The translations under genes were made by a program, and so were the position numbers. Shown in pieces: positions 13,440-26,134 of a stretch of 64,000 nucleotides of DNA; position 1 is the stretch's first letter; each line of letters starts with the position of its first letter. The stretch covers positions 1 through 64,000 of the forward strand of contig JYFJ02001976.1 in NCBI GenBank assembly GCA_000934665.2, read 5' to 3'. This stretch comes from Catajapyx aquilonaris (Eukaryota). The notes beneath the pieces were generated by a model. It saw only the letters and a list, made by a program, of their open reading frames with translations. It made no database searches and had not been told where the DNA came from.

Positions 13440-13860
13440 GCCCAGATGACCAAAGAAGTGGCACAACTTTCTTAGCAGTATGTCTTTTCGTAAGCATTGC
13501 ATTCCATTAGAGAAAACTCTCTCGAGAGGAAGACTCTGGTTCCCACATTCCTTGCTTTGAAAACAATCCGGAAACACCAAGCTTGCATTCCAATCTCTTT
13601 GAAAGCACTTTGTGCAGAAAATTACGAGGACGAAGAGATTCTCCGCAAAGCATTCTTCAAAGGGCATACTGCGCCCATCTTGGTAGGATTTCTGTACAAA
13701 CTTGGGAGTATCCGTTGCGGGAATTACTCGCCGTAGGATATATATTCTACTCCTTTGATCTCAATCTGCGGGATTTATAATAACACACATATTAGGCCAA
13801 TGAAAATGCCAACTAGCCCAAAAAGTACGAGAGTGAGAGACTGAGAGGTTAAGCTCAAAA
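13440..13860 (+). pseudogene. Highly degraded Tc1/mariner-superfamily transposase fragment
   Basis: ILQRAYCAHLGRISVQTW...YSFDLNLRDL loosely resembles FQQDGAPAHTA..VQ.W...SPDLNPLD; multiple stops. Confidence 0.3.
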
Positions 13861-15151
13861 TAATTCAAGTTGTGATGTGCTACATTCTACACATTTCTTC
13901 AAAAACCCTTGTGGAGCATCTCAACACATTTACTCTCAACATGAGACAGAGATGTGCATGGGAATGTTATTTCTGGTGACTTAAATAATAATAAAGATGA
14001 GAGACAGGGGGTAAGGGATATGTAGCAAGACTTTTACGCTCCTTAGTGTTGGTATTATTGAGACAAATTCTCGTATATCGTATGTTATGCAATCGACACT
14101 GTACTTCGAGTAAAAAGTAATACACAACACTATATAGAGCTCAAAAAGCACGGGCATTAAATACCTTACAAATGCATTGTGACCGGAAACAATCCTAATC
14201 CTACCCGAAGGACTTACTTGTGGAGGTTGAAGAGAAAGAAAAAGGAAAGCGTATAAACAGCTCCCTGGAGTGTGACTCCAAACGACTTCACAGGATTTTG
14301 TGCAAGTCCACTTTTTTTACGAATTACTGCTCTGAAAAGAGCTGAGAGTTTTGTTGTTTTGAAGATCCCACAAGGACAAACCATTTGAGAAAGGTTTTAA
14401 AAATAACCCCCTTCCAATTTTTTTGACAGTTGCTTTTGTTAGAGCTTTTATCAACTTTTGGTGATGTACCGGTACCGTACTGTAGAACTTTAAAACGTTT
14501 CATAATTTTTGCTTGTTATAATACGCCACTGATTTGTGGGAATGAAATTGTACAGTTAACTACAAGTAGTATGAAGGTGGGGAAGTAACAATGGGCACCG
14601 AGTTCATGAGAAATCCTACATGTTGCAAGCGTGCTATTTTATGCCCCATGTTCTGTTTCAATTATTTTGAGAGGAACGGTAATCATGTACAAGGGACTTA
14701 CAGTATGCTGTCACATGGGTATTTTGGTGAAGGCGACACTGCAAAAAATGACATGGACAATTTCGTACAATTTGACAATTTGCTTTTTTAAGTATAATTC
14801 GCGCCATAATGAAGCAAAGAATACACTGTATCGGTGCAATATCATACTGTAACCATCTATAGACTCTAGAGCAACTAGAATCAATGCCCTGTATGCGGAA
14901 AATGTTTCGTTTCCGGAAAATAAATTTGTTGCCTGTAGCTATTTGCCTATCCAATATGCACTGATCAGCAAATGAGTACATGCAAATGGCTAGTTTTCCA
15001 AGTAAAAATAACACAATATACACAGTGATGCGTTTGAGCGGAATATAAAATGCTTCTGGCTCAGGTTAGCAGGTGATGTGTACTGTACAACATACTATAC
15101 GCACCACGACTAGCTATATTCTTCTGAAGTAATAATATATGATCAAGACTT

Positions 15152-15767
15152 ACCGAAGCAGTGGTAGCGGAGGGGATATGGTATCCGACTGCTAATCGGG
15201 AGGTCCTGGGTTCGAATCCCGGTGGCCGCCGACCCTGACCGTGGTTTTCTGTGGTTTCCCATGGTCTCACCAGGAAAATTCCGGGGCCGTGTCCGTAATT
15301 ATAGGCCACAGCCGCTTCCTTCCGTCCCTATCCCATCCCCATATACGAGAAGTTGTAGCGGTACGTACGGGGTCAGGGGGAATGACGTACACGGGTTAGC
15401 TATTATTACTATACTGTATTTGCACTACACGGTAACACGGGCTACAGAGGTAAACGGAGATGGGGAGCAGAAAGTATAAAGGTCAGTCGTAAGTGGAGGG
15501 AGTCGAGGCAGAGACCCCGAGACCCCTCTCCAACCCATATGCTCCACAGGGGTCATCATGGGGTCAGAGGCTGGGGGAAGGGCACCGGATGTGGAGGGGA
15601 ACTAGATGGTGTAGGGAGGATAGGAAGGGCCATGGTCAGGAGGGGGAGGGTAGAAGAAGGGGTCATCGACCGGCATAAAGTAAAAACGAAAGCAAGAGTT
15701 CCAGATAAAAAAATATGGTGGTATTCCACCCCCCTAAGAGGGCCCATGGCCCTAGCACGGGGTACAA

Positions 15768-15826
<59 letters not shown>

Positions 15827-15841
15827 TACTATTATTACTAT
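15152..15841 (+). mobile_element. tRNA-derived SINE, family B, 690-bp composite with two tail motifs and (TTA)n end
   Basis: B-box GGTTCGAATCC and central domain CCGTGGTTTTCTGTGGTTTCCC...TAGGCCACAGCCGCTTCCTTCC. Perfect 16-bp TSD TATATGATCAAGACTT at 15136-15151 and 15842-15857. Confidence 0.9.
15768..15841 (+). repeat. (TTA)n microsatellite forming the SINE tail
   Basis: Directly visible trinucleotide run with two CTA interruptions. Confidence 0.95.
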
Positions 15842-16919
15842 TATATGATCAAGACTTCAAGAGGGATGAGACAACTTATGAAACAAGCTCTGTTTCACAT
15901 GCCCTAAACAACTTCAGATTCAGCCACATCCAGTGTCCTTTTAAGACATGTATGTCAAAGGTTAGGACTGATTAAATGCCTAGTTGAGTAGTTGAGTAGT
16001 TTCTATTACGCGGTTAAGCTAATAATTATGAAATGTTGATATTAATGTTGAATGACAAAAAATCAATAAGCATACCCTACCCTCCCTGAAAATGACGACA
16101 GCATGAATTATTGCCAGAGAGAGAAAAATAAGTGTCCTTTTACCTTTGTGATGAAGTAATTAGCCGGAGCTTCATCGCCAGCACCTAATAAATCATAGCT
16201 GGTCTCAGCTGGCCAGGACAGACAGTAATGAGAGTAACTTGTACACCGGTCTGGGGAAGAAAAAGGAGAGAGAACGAGAGATGGGATGGGAGTGGGCGGT
16301 GGGGAAGGTGAAATGAGAGACAAGAGTGCAAGAGGGTCAAGATGTTTTCAAGAAAGTGCGTTAAGAGCTTGTCAACTATACATGTCTTCAGGAAGCGTCT
16401 CACTTGGCACGTCCAATTTGGGGCTCGAAATACAAAAAAACACTACATTCTGTCTACCTTGTTAAAGGACACCACCTATACTGCATGGAAAGAAATATAT
16501 TATTCCAGATACGCATTTTCTAACAGGAGAAAAGAAACGGCAGGTTTGATCCCATGCTTCACAAGATCATTTGGTAAGTTTGAACATAGTATACAAAGTG
16601 CTCTAACTGAAATGTTGGTAGTGGTTAGCGATTTTTTGGCACTAAGCAATTAGGCTTACTTTTTAATAGTTACATTTAGCTGTTATCAAAAGAATTAGCT
16701 ACTCATATTAGGCTGAGTGCACTGATCTTCTTTAAAGCCTGCAAATGGTTCTGGCCTGCAAAATCTGGGTTCGATCACTAACGTCCGATGCTAGGCCATG
16801 CCTACTCAAAAATTTATTGTAAGTTATTTTTAGAGGTAAATTTATTTCGGATTATTACTAGTAATGTTACCGAGAACACATCCGGGAACATCAATACGTA
16901 ATCACGAAAAGTAATGATA

Positions 16920-17205
16920 ATTCATACCCCGTTATCAGCCCGCGGCCCTTTATAGGGGGAGTTCATCCCAATTTTGTTTTGCCTGGAACTCTTTGCTATC
17001 ATTTTTACTTTGCTTTTTGGGATAGAATAGGGACGGAAGGAAGCGGCTGTGGCCTATTAATTACGGAAGCAACTCCGGAATTCTCCTGGGGGGACAGTGG
17101 GAAACCACAGAAAATCACGGTTAGGATTGCCGGCCCCGGGGCTCGAACCCAGGACCTCCCGATTAGCAGTCGGACGCCTTATCCACTCCACCCAACTGCT
17201 TCGGT
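16920..17205 (-). mobile_element. tRNA-derived SINE, family B, short form
   Basis: Reverse complement of the 15152 head and central domain. Tail (rc) CTCCCCCTATAAAGGGCCGCGGGCTGATAACGGGGTA; degenerate TSD GAAAAGTAATGATA / GAAAAGTAGTAATA. Confidence 0.88.
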
Positions 17206-17520
17206 TGAAAAGTAGTAATATGAAATCTACTTGCTACAAGTGAAATAATTTAAAGGGCATCACACACTGGCATGCGCCATACCAACGTTAAAAAAATTGT
17301 CATGTGGCAACTCTACATTATTTTCTCCAGGGCAAATATAGGGGACGAGGTGGTAGGGTGGGGGGTTGAAAAGTTGAAAAAACCCACGTGCCCCCCGCAC
17401 GTACTACCTCAGCAGGAAAGGAGTAGGCGCTACCCGCTGAGCTTGTGTTCTGAGCCGGCATCATCCTGCATCGTGACCCCCGCACGTGACCCCCGCAGTC
17501 TTTTCCTGGTCTGCCTAGAT

Positions 17521-17600
17521 CAGTGCTTCCCAATCTTTTTCGTTGGCGACCCCAAAAATTCGTCTCCTAAAATTCGCGACCACCCTGGGTGTGCACATTT
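17521..17600. mobile_element. hAT-Charlie-type terminal fragment
   Basis: GCCTAGAT|CAGTGCTTCCCAATCTTTTT...GCGACCCC, the same terminus type as 25941; no matching right end found. Confidence 0.6.
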
Positions 17601-17919
17601 TGACCCTCCAACATGAAAAGACAGGTAAGGAGTGAAATGAAAATCATTGATAACTATTGTCTAGTGTCTGAATTGTTCTGCAACTTACCTTGATGGGCAT
17701 AATTTTCAAAAGAGAGAATTATAATCATTTGTAAAACAATTTGTTACCCTGGTTTGCGCCCCTGAATGGTGTGACGCCCCCCTTCTCCAATTCCAAATCC
17801 ATGATTTCTTTAGTTAATCCTTCTTTCATACTGTATGGTAGACATTATAATAATAATTACTCACACCCCGAGCATACTTCAGTTTCTTGAAAACTAAGTC
17901 ATATTCCACTTTTTGAGAT

Positions 17920-18930
17920 GCTTTTGAATGCGAGTAATGAACAGTCATGAAGCACTGGCCTGACCTCTGGAACACCAGTGGATAGTGTTCCCTCCTCCAA
18001 TCCAGTACATGCTGGAAGCAATGACCAGAAATGTGTTGACCATTGCAAGTGGTGACAGTCCTGTGGGAAACACTGGTTCGTCGTGCAGAATGGCAACAGA
18101 GCAGTCGAGCAGCCTTCCATCCGCCTCCTGAGCATCTTGGACCCTACTTCGGCAAACAATCTTTCTTCCGAGTCTTCAGTATGAGGCAAGAGATTGACAC
18201 TTGAGTGGACAACACCAACGAAAAAGGTGAGTAAACGCGTGGAATTCACTCATGAGACCAGCATCTGAGCATCGTGGCACTGTGGTTGATTCTGTACTTT
18301 CTTCTGGAAAATCAGGCGCGATATTGATCAGGAAATATCATAACCCTTGATTGAAGACTTTCACTGTGTCGCTTCAACTATAGTAAGTTGCTTTCTGACT
18401 ACGTTTCCACAATGCGTTTTTGCTGCACCAGCAGACTGACAGATGCTTTCAATTGCCTATGATCGATTCAAAAAGCAACTGACGAGGAAAAAGTCGGCAC
18501 TTCCGATAATGAAGTTTTTAATTATTCAATGCTGTGGGACCTGTAAAGGCAAGAAAGTTACTGAAAACCTTATGTTTATTGCATTACAGCTGCAACAAGT
18601 ATTGTACTAACACAAAGCCCGAGTGACGTTTTGCGTAATGATGCTCTGAATAGATCTTTGCTGACATAATTCTGGCAGCTGAAGAAGACAGTCCCACCTG
18701 GGTCTAAAGGGGGCGGCACACCACCTGAAGTTCCTAACAATTTCTCAAAGCCATTATCAATTCGGGCCAGTACGCGGCAATGCTCATCTTCCCGTTGGTA
18801 TCTTTTGCCTTTGCTATCCTTATACAAGTGGGTGCATTGACATTACTCCTTTTCAAGGTGGCCCAATGCCAAAGTGTACTTGGAATCATTAAATGATCTT
18901 GCATTACAAAAAGCATGTCCCGTGACTCTC
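17920..18930. pseudogene. Possible degraded PIF/Harbinger remnant (MADF-like on +, DDE transposase-like on -)
   Basis: The + strand gives VMKHWPDLWNTS...CWKQ*PEMC...GPYFGKQSFF (MADF-like). The - strand gives EHCRVLARIDNGFEKLLG, similar to H.RAR..IE.AFG.LKG. Many stops. Confidence 0.3.
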
Positions 18931-19030
18931 TGTGCAGCGTTTCTGTTCAGAACCGTACTCATTGAACCAATATCAGGTCGCATCTTTGCACCGTTTATCT
19001 GGACGATTAATTATCAAGGATTACACTATA

Positions 19031-19453
19031 CAGGGTGTATCTGAACTCAGTGCCCCGACGTATATGACTGCCTTCCTAGCCACCAGAGGATCGATTTAAG
19101 ATAGGAATCATTATGTTTGGCCGCCGCATTACTGAGATACACTCTTTAGCGATTTTTGCCTAATCGCTCCTTCTGACTTTTAAATAGAATTTTCTGGTGT
19201 AACTAGCCAAAGAGGCCTTACCACCTGTGGGCAACAAACCAACAAAGTCCCGCCCCCAGACCTTCCAGAGCCTTCTGACTGGGGGAGGGTTCGATGGGTG
19301 GCCTAACCGACAGGATATTTTGTACTACATGTTTGCGGCCAATTATCTCCGTAATGCGGCGGCCAAACATAATGATTCCTATACTTAAATCGATCCTCTG
19401 GTGGCTAGGAAGGCAGTCATATACGCCGGGGCACTGAGTTCAGATACACCCTG
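19031..19453. mobile_element. Tc1/mariner-type MITE
   Basis: TA-CAGGGTGTATCTGAACTCAG...CTGAGTTCAGATACACCCTG-TA with ~108-bp near-perfect arms. Confidence 0.92.
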
Positions 19454-19459
19454 TATGTA

Positions 19460-19740
19460 CAGTACGTGAGTCCCCGTTATCCGCGGTAACTGGTTTCAAG
19501 TTGCCAACGGATAAACCGAACCTATATAATTTTATACTTTTAAAAATAAACACTTAGGTATGATAAGTAGAAATAGCAAATTACTCGCATTTATACATCA
19601 ACAAAACCAATAAACAATCATTAAATAAGATAGTTATAAAAATATAAAACCGTACTGTAATGAAATGTGTAGGATTTAATTTAATGATTTTAATAATATT
19701 TATTTAATATTTTCAAACGATGGATAACGGCCTCTCACTG
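19460..19740. mobile_element. pogo/Tigger-type MITE
   Basis: TA-CAGTACGTGAGTCCCCGTTATCCG...GGATAACGGCCTCTCACTG-TA. Confidence 0.7.
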
Positions 19741-19992
19741 TATGCAGCACTATACACATTCACGTTAACCTCTTCCTCTCTGTAAAATTATTCAATTACG
19801 GCTATAAGCTTGCCATCGCGTAAATTATAAACATGCCTACTAATGACACAAACTTATTATGTGGCGCTGGAAATGCTAACAGTTGTCTCCAGTAGTAGCA
19901 ATATGTGCCATCATGCGACCACCTCGGTTTTTAAGAAAATTATTTGAAACTTTTCAGTGGCAAAAGGTGCCTTCTTTTGTAACATGGTAATA

Positions 19993-20084
19993 CAGGGTGT
20001 TTCAGACTCGTGGGTCACTTTTTGATACCTACTATCGGGCGATATCAGTTATCAAAAAGTGACCCACGAATCTGGAACACTCTG
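19993..20084. mobile_element. 92-bp Tc1/mariner-type mini-MITE
   Basis: TA-CAGGGTGTTTCAGACTCGTGGGTCACTTTTTGATA / TATCAAAAAGTGACCCACGAATCTGGAACACTCTG-TA. Confidence 0.9.
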
Positions 20085-20584
20085 TATATTCAGAGGTGGT
20101 GGTGTTATATAAATTTAAAAAATCCCTTTTGTATTTTTCTCAGAATGTAATGGAACTGCCTGTTGGTTTTCTTTTCAGCTCAGAATTGAGACTTTGTGTG
20201 GATTCTGTAGTCGTGTCCATTTCAACTCAAGTTATAGGCATAAAGGGGGCATGGCACGGATTATATACCGTGCGTTTCAAATGTCAGCTCATATCCGTGT
20301 CAGTGATAGACATCACGCTGACGACCACCTCTGTTCCCATGTTGCTGGCTGTTATATGTTTGGACATCATTGGAGATTTACATCCGCGATTTTACCCCCG
20401 ATACTCATCGAGTAGTAGATGGATTTACGTTGTTAGTTTAAGCACCGATGTAATTTTTTAAACTGATGTCTTGTTTTATGTGCCTTTAAGTGAATCAGAG
20501 ACGTACACTGAAGTGCATCAAATTATATAGCAAAATGCATATAAGTCGAAGTGTTTATTGCCAAGAAATTAAATAACGAGTACG

Positions 20585-21078
20585 CACTCTTAGAAAAGTT
20601 TAGTCAAATTTGACCGAACTTCGGTCAAAGGACCTGCTCAAAGTTATCCTGAGTAGCCCCGGCGGTGACTACTGCAGATCGGTCTGAAGCAGCCCACGGA
20701 CACTACCCCTACAGTCTTATCTTATCGCCTGCCGGGGCGTTTTGCATGGGATGCTCACCTGAGAGCGCCATGAGACCTTTCACTGCTGGATGATGTGGCG
20801 ACCCTACCGGACTACGCTGAACTTTATAGGTACAAAAGGGAAGCGCTACATTGGGGGACCAACATGGGCGCCGGCGGCCATGTTGGGCCCGCATGTAGCC
20901 GCTTCTCTTCTACATTAGTTCAGCGTAGTCCGGTAGGGTCGCCACAAAATCCAGCAGTGAAAAGCTGTCTGATGGCGCTCTCAAGTGAGCACCTCATGCA
21001 GTTGCCCCGCGGCAGGTGATAAGTGGGAGTGACCAGACCTGAGTATTCTAAGGTCATGGTCTGAAGTATTCAAGAGTG
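20585..21078. mobile_element. CACTA/EnSpm-like MITE hosting a nested element
   Basis: CG|CACTCTTAGAA...TTCAAGAGTG|CG (2-bp TSD CG); internal palindrome TTTGACCGAACTTCGGTCAAA. Confidence 0.75.
20690..21058. mobile_element. hAT-like hairpin element with asymmetric ends (CAGCCC group), nested
   Basis: Perfect 8-bp TSD GTCTGAAG (20682-20689 / 21059-21066). Termini are CAGCCC... and ...GGTCATG, with long internal inverted arms homologous to 61124-61460. Confidence 0.85.
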
Positions 21079-21399
21079 CGGTACTATTTCTCTCAATGTG
21101 ACATGTAACTGCTTATTTAGAGTGGAGTGGACCTTTTTGCTGAAAAGCTAATGCCGAATATAGGCCTACGTGATTGGGGTCGTTTTCTTAGGCTGAGACG
21201 TATCTGAAGACTGCTGGAAAGAAATTTCCAGAGGGTTATAGGTGGGCTTAGTGGAGCAGGAATACATATAATCCAATCTTGGGATGATTTTCCGTCCAGT
21301 AAACTGCAAGGCCAAGGAAGGGTGGGGAAGGAGGAGGAGGAGGTGGGGGAGGGGGAATCATGGTCCCACACTCGGATTTGTTATTTTGATCATCCAAGC

Positions 21400-21600
21400 G
21401 CAAATGACACTTTGGTTCACGGAACACCATCCCAGCTTCCCATTTCCGCATTTCCACATGACTGGAAGGGCCAAGGAAAATTTCCCCTCCCGCCTCCCTC
21501 CACCCACTGCTCCCCATCAACTCGCTTCCCTGATAGATGACTTTTTGCACCACCTGTATATCATGTTCCCGACAGACAAAGCCTGTCAAATATATTGCCA
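21400..21600 (-). pseudogene. Possible RTE-clade LINE reverse-transcriptase fragment
   Basis: HDIQVVQKVIYQGSEL resembles H.IEVVD.FVYLGS.I; very degraded. Confidence 0.25.
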
Positions 21601-24600
21601 GCAGTGTCCATATTGGCGATTCTGGCGGTGAACACCTATTGTATGCAAATTAACAGCCGGATATTATGCTACGGCCTTTTTCGAGCCAGGAACATGGCCC
21701 GGATGGCTTAGTATCAGCTCCAAACGGTGAGCCTGTATGTGTTACCAGGACAGTAATGAGCACCATTAAATTCAGAATGGGAATTAATTTAGGATTAACA
21801 CCCGACATTTCAAAATTCAGCCTTATTCGGAAAGAATAAAAATGACAGAAATATAGGAATACTATGTAAAATTAAAGCTATTCAAAATTTTCCGCAGCAA
21901 GCACCCCGGAATTAATCAGAAGTCTGTCACTGCATCACCACGACATTCATGATGCGTAATTGAAAGGGCGACAAATTATCTGATTTGCACTAAACGTGTC
22001 CATCGCCATGTCATGTCTCCAAAACTTTTGTAATGCTCTTTCCATATACGCGTGTCAAAGTGAAGAGGATGCGAAGAAGTACTCTATAAATAATGCCAAT
22101 AAGCTATAAAACATAAATCATGGTAGGAATATGGTAGGCGATAGGCGCGGCTATGATATTGGAGAACGTGACCGGTACATTAATCAGGACTTAATGGGAA
22201 CGTTTGAGGCTGCCGAAAATCAGGAGTTACAGAGTCTATCCAAGAACATACTGAAACTATAGGAGTCAATTTAAGAGCCTTGATTGCCAAGGGTATTGAC
22301 GTGCAATAGAGAGCCCTTTCGATACAGGCTGTACTGCAGCCGTACTGTACAAGGGTGGTGATGTAGGTTTTCTTCCTCTCCCCCCCCCTCCCCCCCCCCA
22401 TCACAAGATTACTCATGTTCTGGGATTATGGCCCGGTTTTATGGCGAGTCAGAGAAAATTGCCGAAATGAAGCCTGACTTGGGAGGGAGAAATTTGCACG
22501 TTTTTACGACGCGGGAAAAGGCGTTGCTTTCTATGCGAAGCGAGCATTGTCGAGTTATTAAAGTGTACGGGTATGGCGATGTTCTGTCGCCTGGACATGT
22601 TTTCGTGACTACAATGCTAAGTGTCAACCCATATGTCAGATGCTGCTTAGAGATGCCTTATTCTGTGCCGTTTAGAAGCTTCACAGATTGAAAGTTGCAG
22701 GTGATATTGGCAAATCAATTATTGATGTTAAAATAATTTTATTGAATGAAGTCTCAAGTTAGCCTGAACTGTAATTGTTCCACAAGTAATCAGCCTGAAG
22801 GCTGTATTAATTCCATGACACATCGCCCTTTACAAGAATTATGTTGCAATTTCATTATGGTGACATTTATTTGAGAATCAGTAGTATTCGTAGTTATCTA
22901 CTCTGCTGGACTCACACGAGGTTCTTGGACAACTCCTTTTATAATCAGGTGCAATCTAAGTACTTATGCAATGGGTCGATTAATAACTATGGCTCGCTGA
23001 AGACCGGAGCCAAAAAACGGTTGCATTTAGAGTAGACATCCGAACACATTCATCTCATTTATTTTAGGATTTCTTGGCTCTCACGGTTGTAACAATGTTG
23101 TATCTGGCAGCGACAATGAATCTAAAAGTAAATGAAGTGCAAAAAGGTCCCTTCAGAGCCTATAAGTCGAGCAGGAAGTGTTAAACAATGATAATGTGTC
23201 CTTCCAGACTCTCTCTCCCACCCATTATTTTTCCTGTTGCTACTTTTTGTCTGAAGTGCAGTAACGTCAAAAGAAAACTTGCCCGGAAGAAAACTTTCTG
23301 AAGTGCTTTTTTGAGAGAGGCGTGTTCAGTCGGGCACGGCAAGAACGAGCCGACAACACAGACCTAAACTGATAAGTAGAATTATTGCATTCTCTCGGCC
23401 ACAAGCCAATAGGCGGACTCGGACTTGGTGCATACATGTGTATATATAGTTTTGGTGGAGAGCAAGTTATTTTTGCTTGTTCCAATCGCGGTAGGTCTCC
23501 ACACAAGCAGTAAAAGATGATCGAAGAGAAACTAAAAATGGGCTGTTGTTAACGATGTTAAATGGCTACAGTGTGGGATTGACTGTATATCGCCACTGTT
23601 TGTGAAATGGCCATTTCTCAGAAGCCCAGAGTCAGTTGGGAGTGATGAATTGTTTATGAAGAAGCATTTATCTCTTCTGGGAGACTGGTGGTGGTTCCAA
23701 ACCGCGGCTTATAATGGAAGCCGTGGTCTCCTGCGCATAACTCAAGGGCAAAGTGTGACCACTGCAAATGGGAACCTGCCCTTGGATAGGAGACTGCGTT
23801 CTTGTCATTCTTATCGGCTCGACCCCACCCAAGCCACGCCACTAATTACCACGAAGCAAATTAGTGCAGAAGCTACTGCACCTTGTCATCAAGTCTCTCT
23901 GGAGTTACATAGACTTGCCACTATTTTCCTCTCATCAACAGCAGATATCATCTTAGAGGTGTCTACTCTCAGCTTAATATACTCTGTGCACCTAGGCGAA
24001 GTGAGCGCCAATCAGAATCCTTGCCACAAAGAAACGCGATGAAAAGGGAAAGAAAATGGACCACCGCCAAGCACTGTCACTGATGAATTCGATGTAGCTT
24101 CCTAACCAACTTGTTAGCGTTGAAATATCGCCTCGCGGTGCGAGCAAAGGGGACAGGTTTTATCTTACAATTCCTGCAAAAGTTTCTGCTCATCCATCCC
24201 AGATTCTGATAAAGCATGTTCAACAAGACCGACCCTTTCTGTTTGTGTACCCCAGCACTTCTCAGAATTTTGGGCACTTTATATCAAAATTAAATAAGAT
24301 TCAGCAAACATAGCGTATTTTGGGATAGTAATATAGTATTAACTGTAATCATATTATTACAGGGCTGTTGTATAATCATCTGAGTATTTGGACACATGTT
24401 TGGTTTTTACAGTTCGCTTTGTCCGATCAACAAAGATGTCAAGAGACGGATCTGCATAGCGTAATTCTGTGCGAGAATTGAAAGTCGCTAACGGTAATGC
24501 TTCACAGTCGTTGGTGGTTACACTATTCCCTGCTTCAGATCCGGTTTTACGAGTGGGCTTGCGAGCTACTGGGTGTCACTGGCGCTCTCTAACGCCTTCC

Positions 24601-25554
24601 AACTCTAAAGCCGAGCGATTAACTCTGCCTTTATTGTGCTGGACGCCAACGCCACTAACATTTTGCCATAAACCTCTTATTGATTTGGGTACTTGTATGT
24701 GTGTCACAGAAGCTATACAACAGTTCTATCCTTCGACCTCTTTAAAAACAGAAATGAAATGGATTCAGAAGTAATGTACACAATAATATATTATGATACT
24801 ACGTACTTATATCGATTTTGCTAGAACTTTGTAGCCTCGTGGAACATGCATATAAGGCAGACAGCCAGCCAAGATATTAGTATGTAAATTTTTTCCCAAT
24901 TATTTACGCCCAGTGCTGTGCAGTAACCATAACTACTGTCATTTAATAGAAAGTCTGTCACATAATGACTTCCGCCAATTTTCCCATCCTGATGGCGGTA
25001 ATAAAGCGCGATTTCTCCCTTGCTCCTGGCGCACCTTCATAAAACTGAAGGACAGAAAGTGAGGGTGACATTGGAGGAACGTCATCCGCTCCAACAGTGT
25101 GTTGTTGGTCTGTTCACTCGCACGTATTCCCGGTGTTTTACGTCGGACTAGACGAGAGAAATAAATATTTCATTATGTCATGAATTCAATTCCGGAGTGG
25201 ACCGTATCTCCGTTCCGGACTGGCTTCTCCTCCTCACAACCTTGTTACCTTCGGAGAAATTATAGGCAATAAAACAATGCTATCTCGACTTCGTCAAGCA
25301 ACTTCCGCGCGACAAACTATAGCACAAATGACTGTAGTTTACCCAGAACACGCTGGTGTTTTATGTGAAAGGCCCTGTTGTATTTCATCAGATATAGGCC
25401 TACAAGGAGTCGTGCATGAAGTACAGTGTGCCACACTGATTTCATCATTTTTCAATCTTACTCTTACCCTTCAAAAAATACATCACTCTCTAGAGATGTA
25501 CCACCAGAGACGAAGCCAGATAGACCCGAACTCCGCGTGATGTGAGAATAAAGG

Positions 25555-25625
25555 GCAGCCAAGGCGTGGGATCGAACCCTGAATATTTCTATCCGTGGGT
25601 ATTTCCATTGAGCCACTCTGCCTCT
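25555..25625 (-). mobile_element. Degenerate tRNA-derived SINE head
   Basis: Reverse complement reads GAGGCAGAGTGGCTCAATGG...GGGTTCGATCCC (A and B boxes). Confidence 0.55.
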
Positions 25626-25940
25626 TCCCCTCATATTTATCAAATTATCCTTAAAGAAAGGAGATTAATCATTATTGAAGATCAAGGATTAAAAGTCATC
25701 ATCCGAAATTCATTCTGAGTCGTCCGACATTAACGACATAATGCTTACATAAACTGCTGGGCTTATTTATTTGTTTGCCAAGTGGGGAAAATATTAGGTT
25801 ATTTTGAGTAGCAACTAATGCTTTTAATAACTATCAAAAGTAACTGCTCAAAATTAGCAGCTTTGTACTAAAAGTTGCTATAAGCACAACGGAAACTTCA
25901 GAACACTTTGTTTACGCATATGCATGCATATTATGCACTG

Positions 25941-26134
25941 CAGTGGTTCCCAATCTTTTTCGGGTCGCGACCCCCTTTTATGATAAGAAAGTAACCTGCG
26001 ACCCTCCCCCCGAGTGTTAGTGTAGGTGTTGAAAAAAACCTTCTCGACGAAATTTCAAATGATTTTTTTAAATTAACTTTTTAATTTATAAAAATTACCG
26101 CGGCAACGCGCGACCCCCAGGTTGTGAACCACTG
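25941..26134. mobile_element. hAT-Charlie-type MITE
   Basis: CAGTGGTTCCCAATCTTTTT..GGTCGCGACCCC...CGCGACCCCCAGGTTGTGAACCACTG; TSD not clean. Confidence 0.8.

Noticed and set aside
15152..15225. tRNA-like sequence with an intact TCCGA-CTGCTAA-TCGGG anticodon arm (also the 12430, 17205, 46290 and 52222 heads)
   Set aside because: No acceptor stem, and each continues into a SINE body with a tail and usually a TSD, so these are not tRNA genes.
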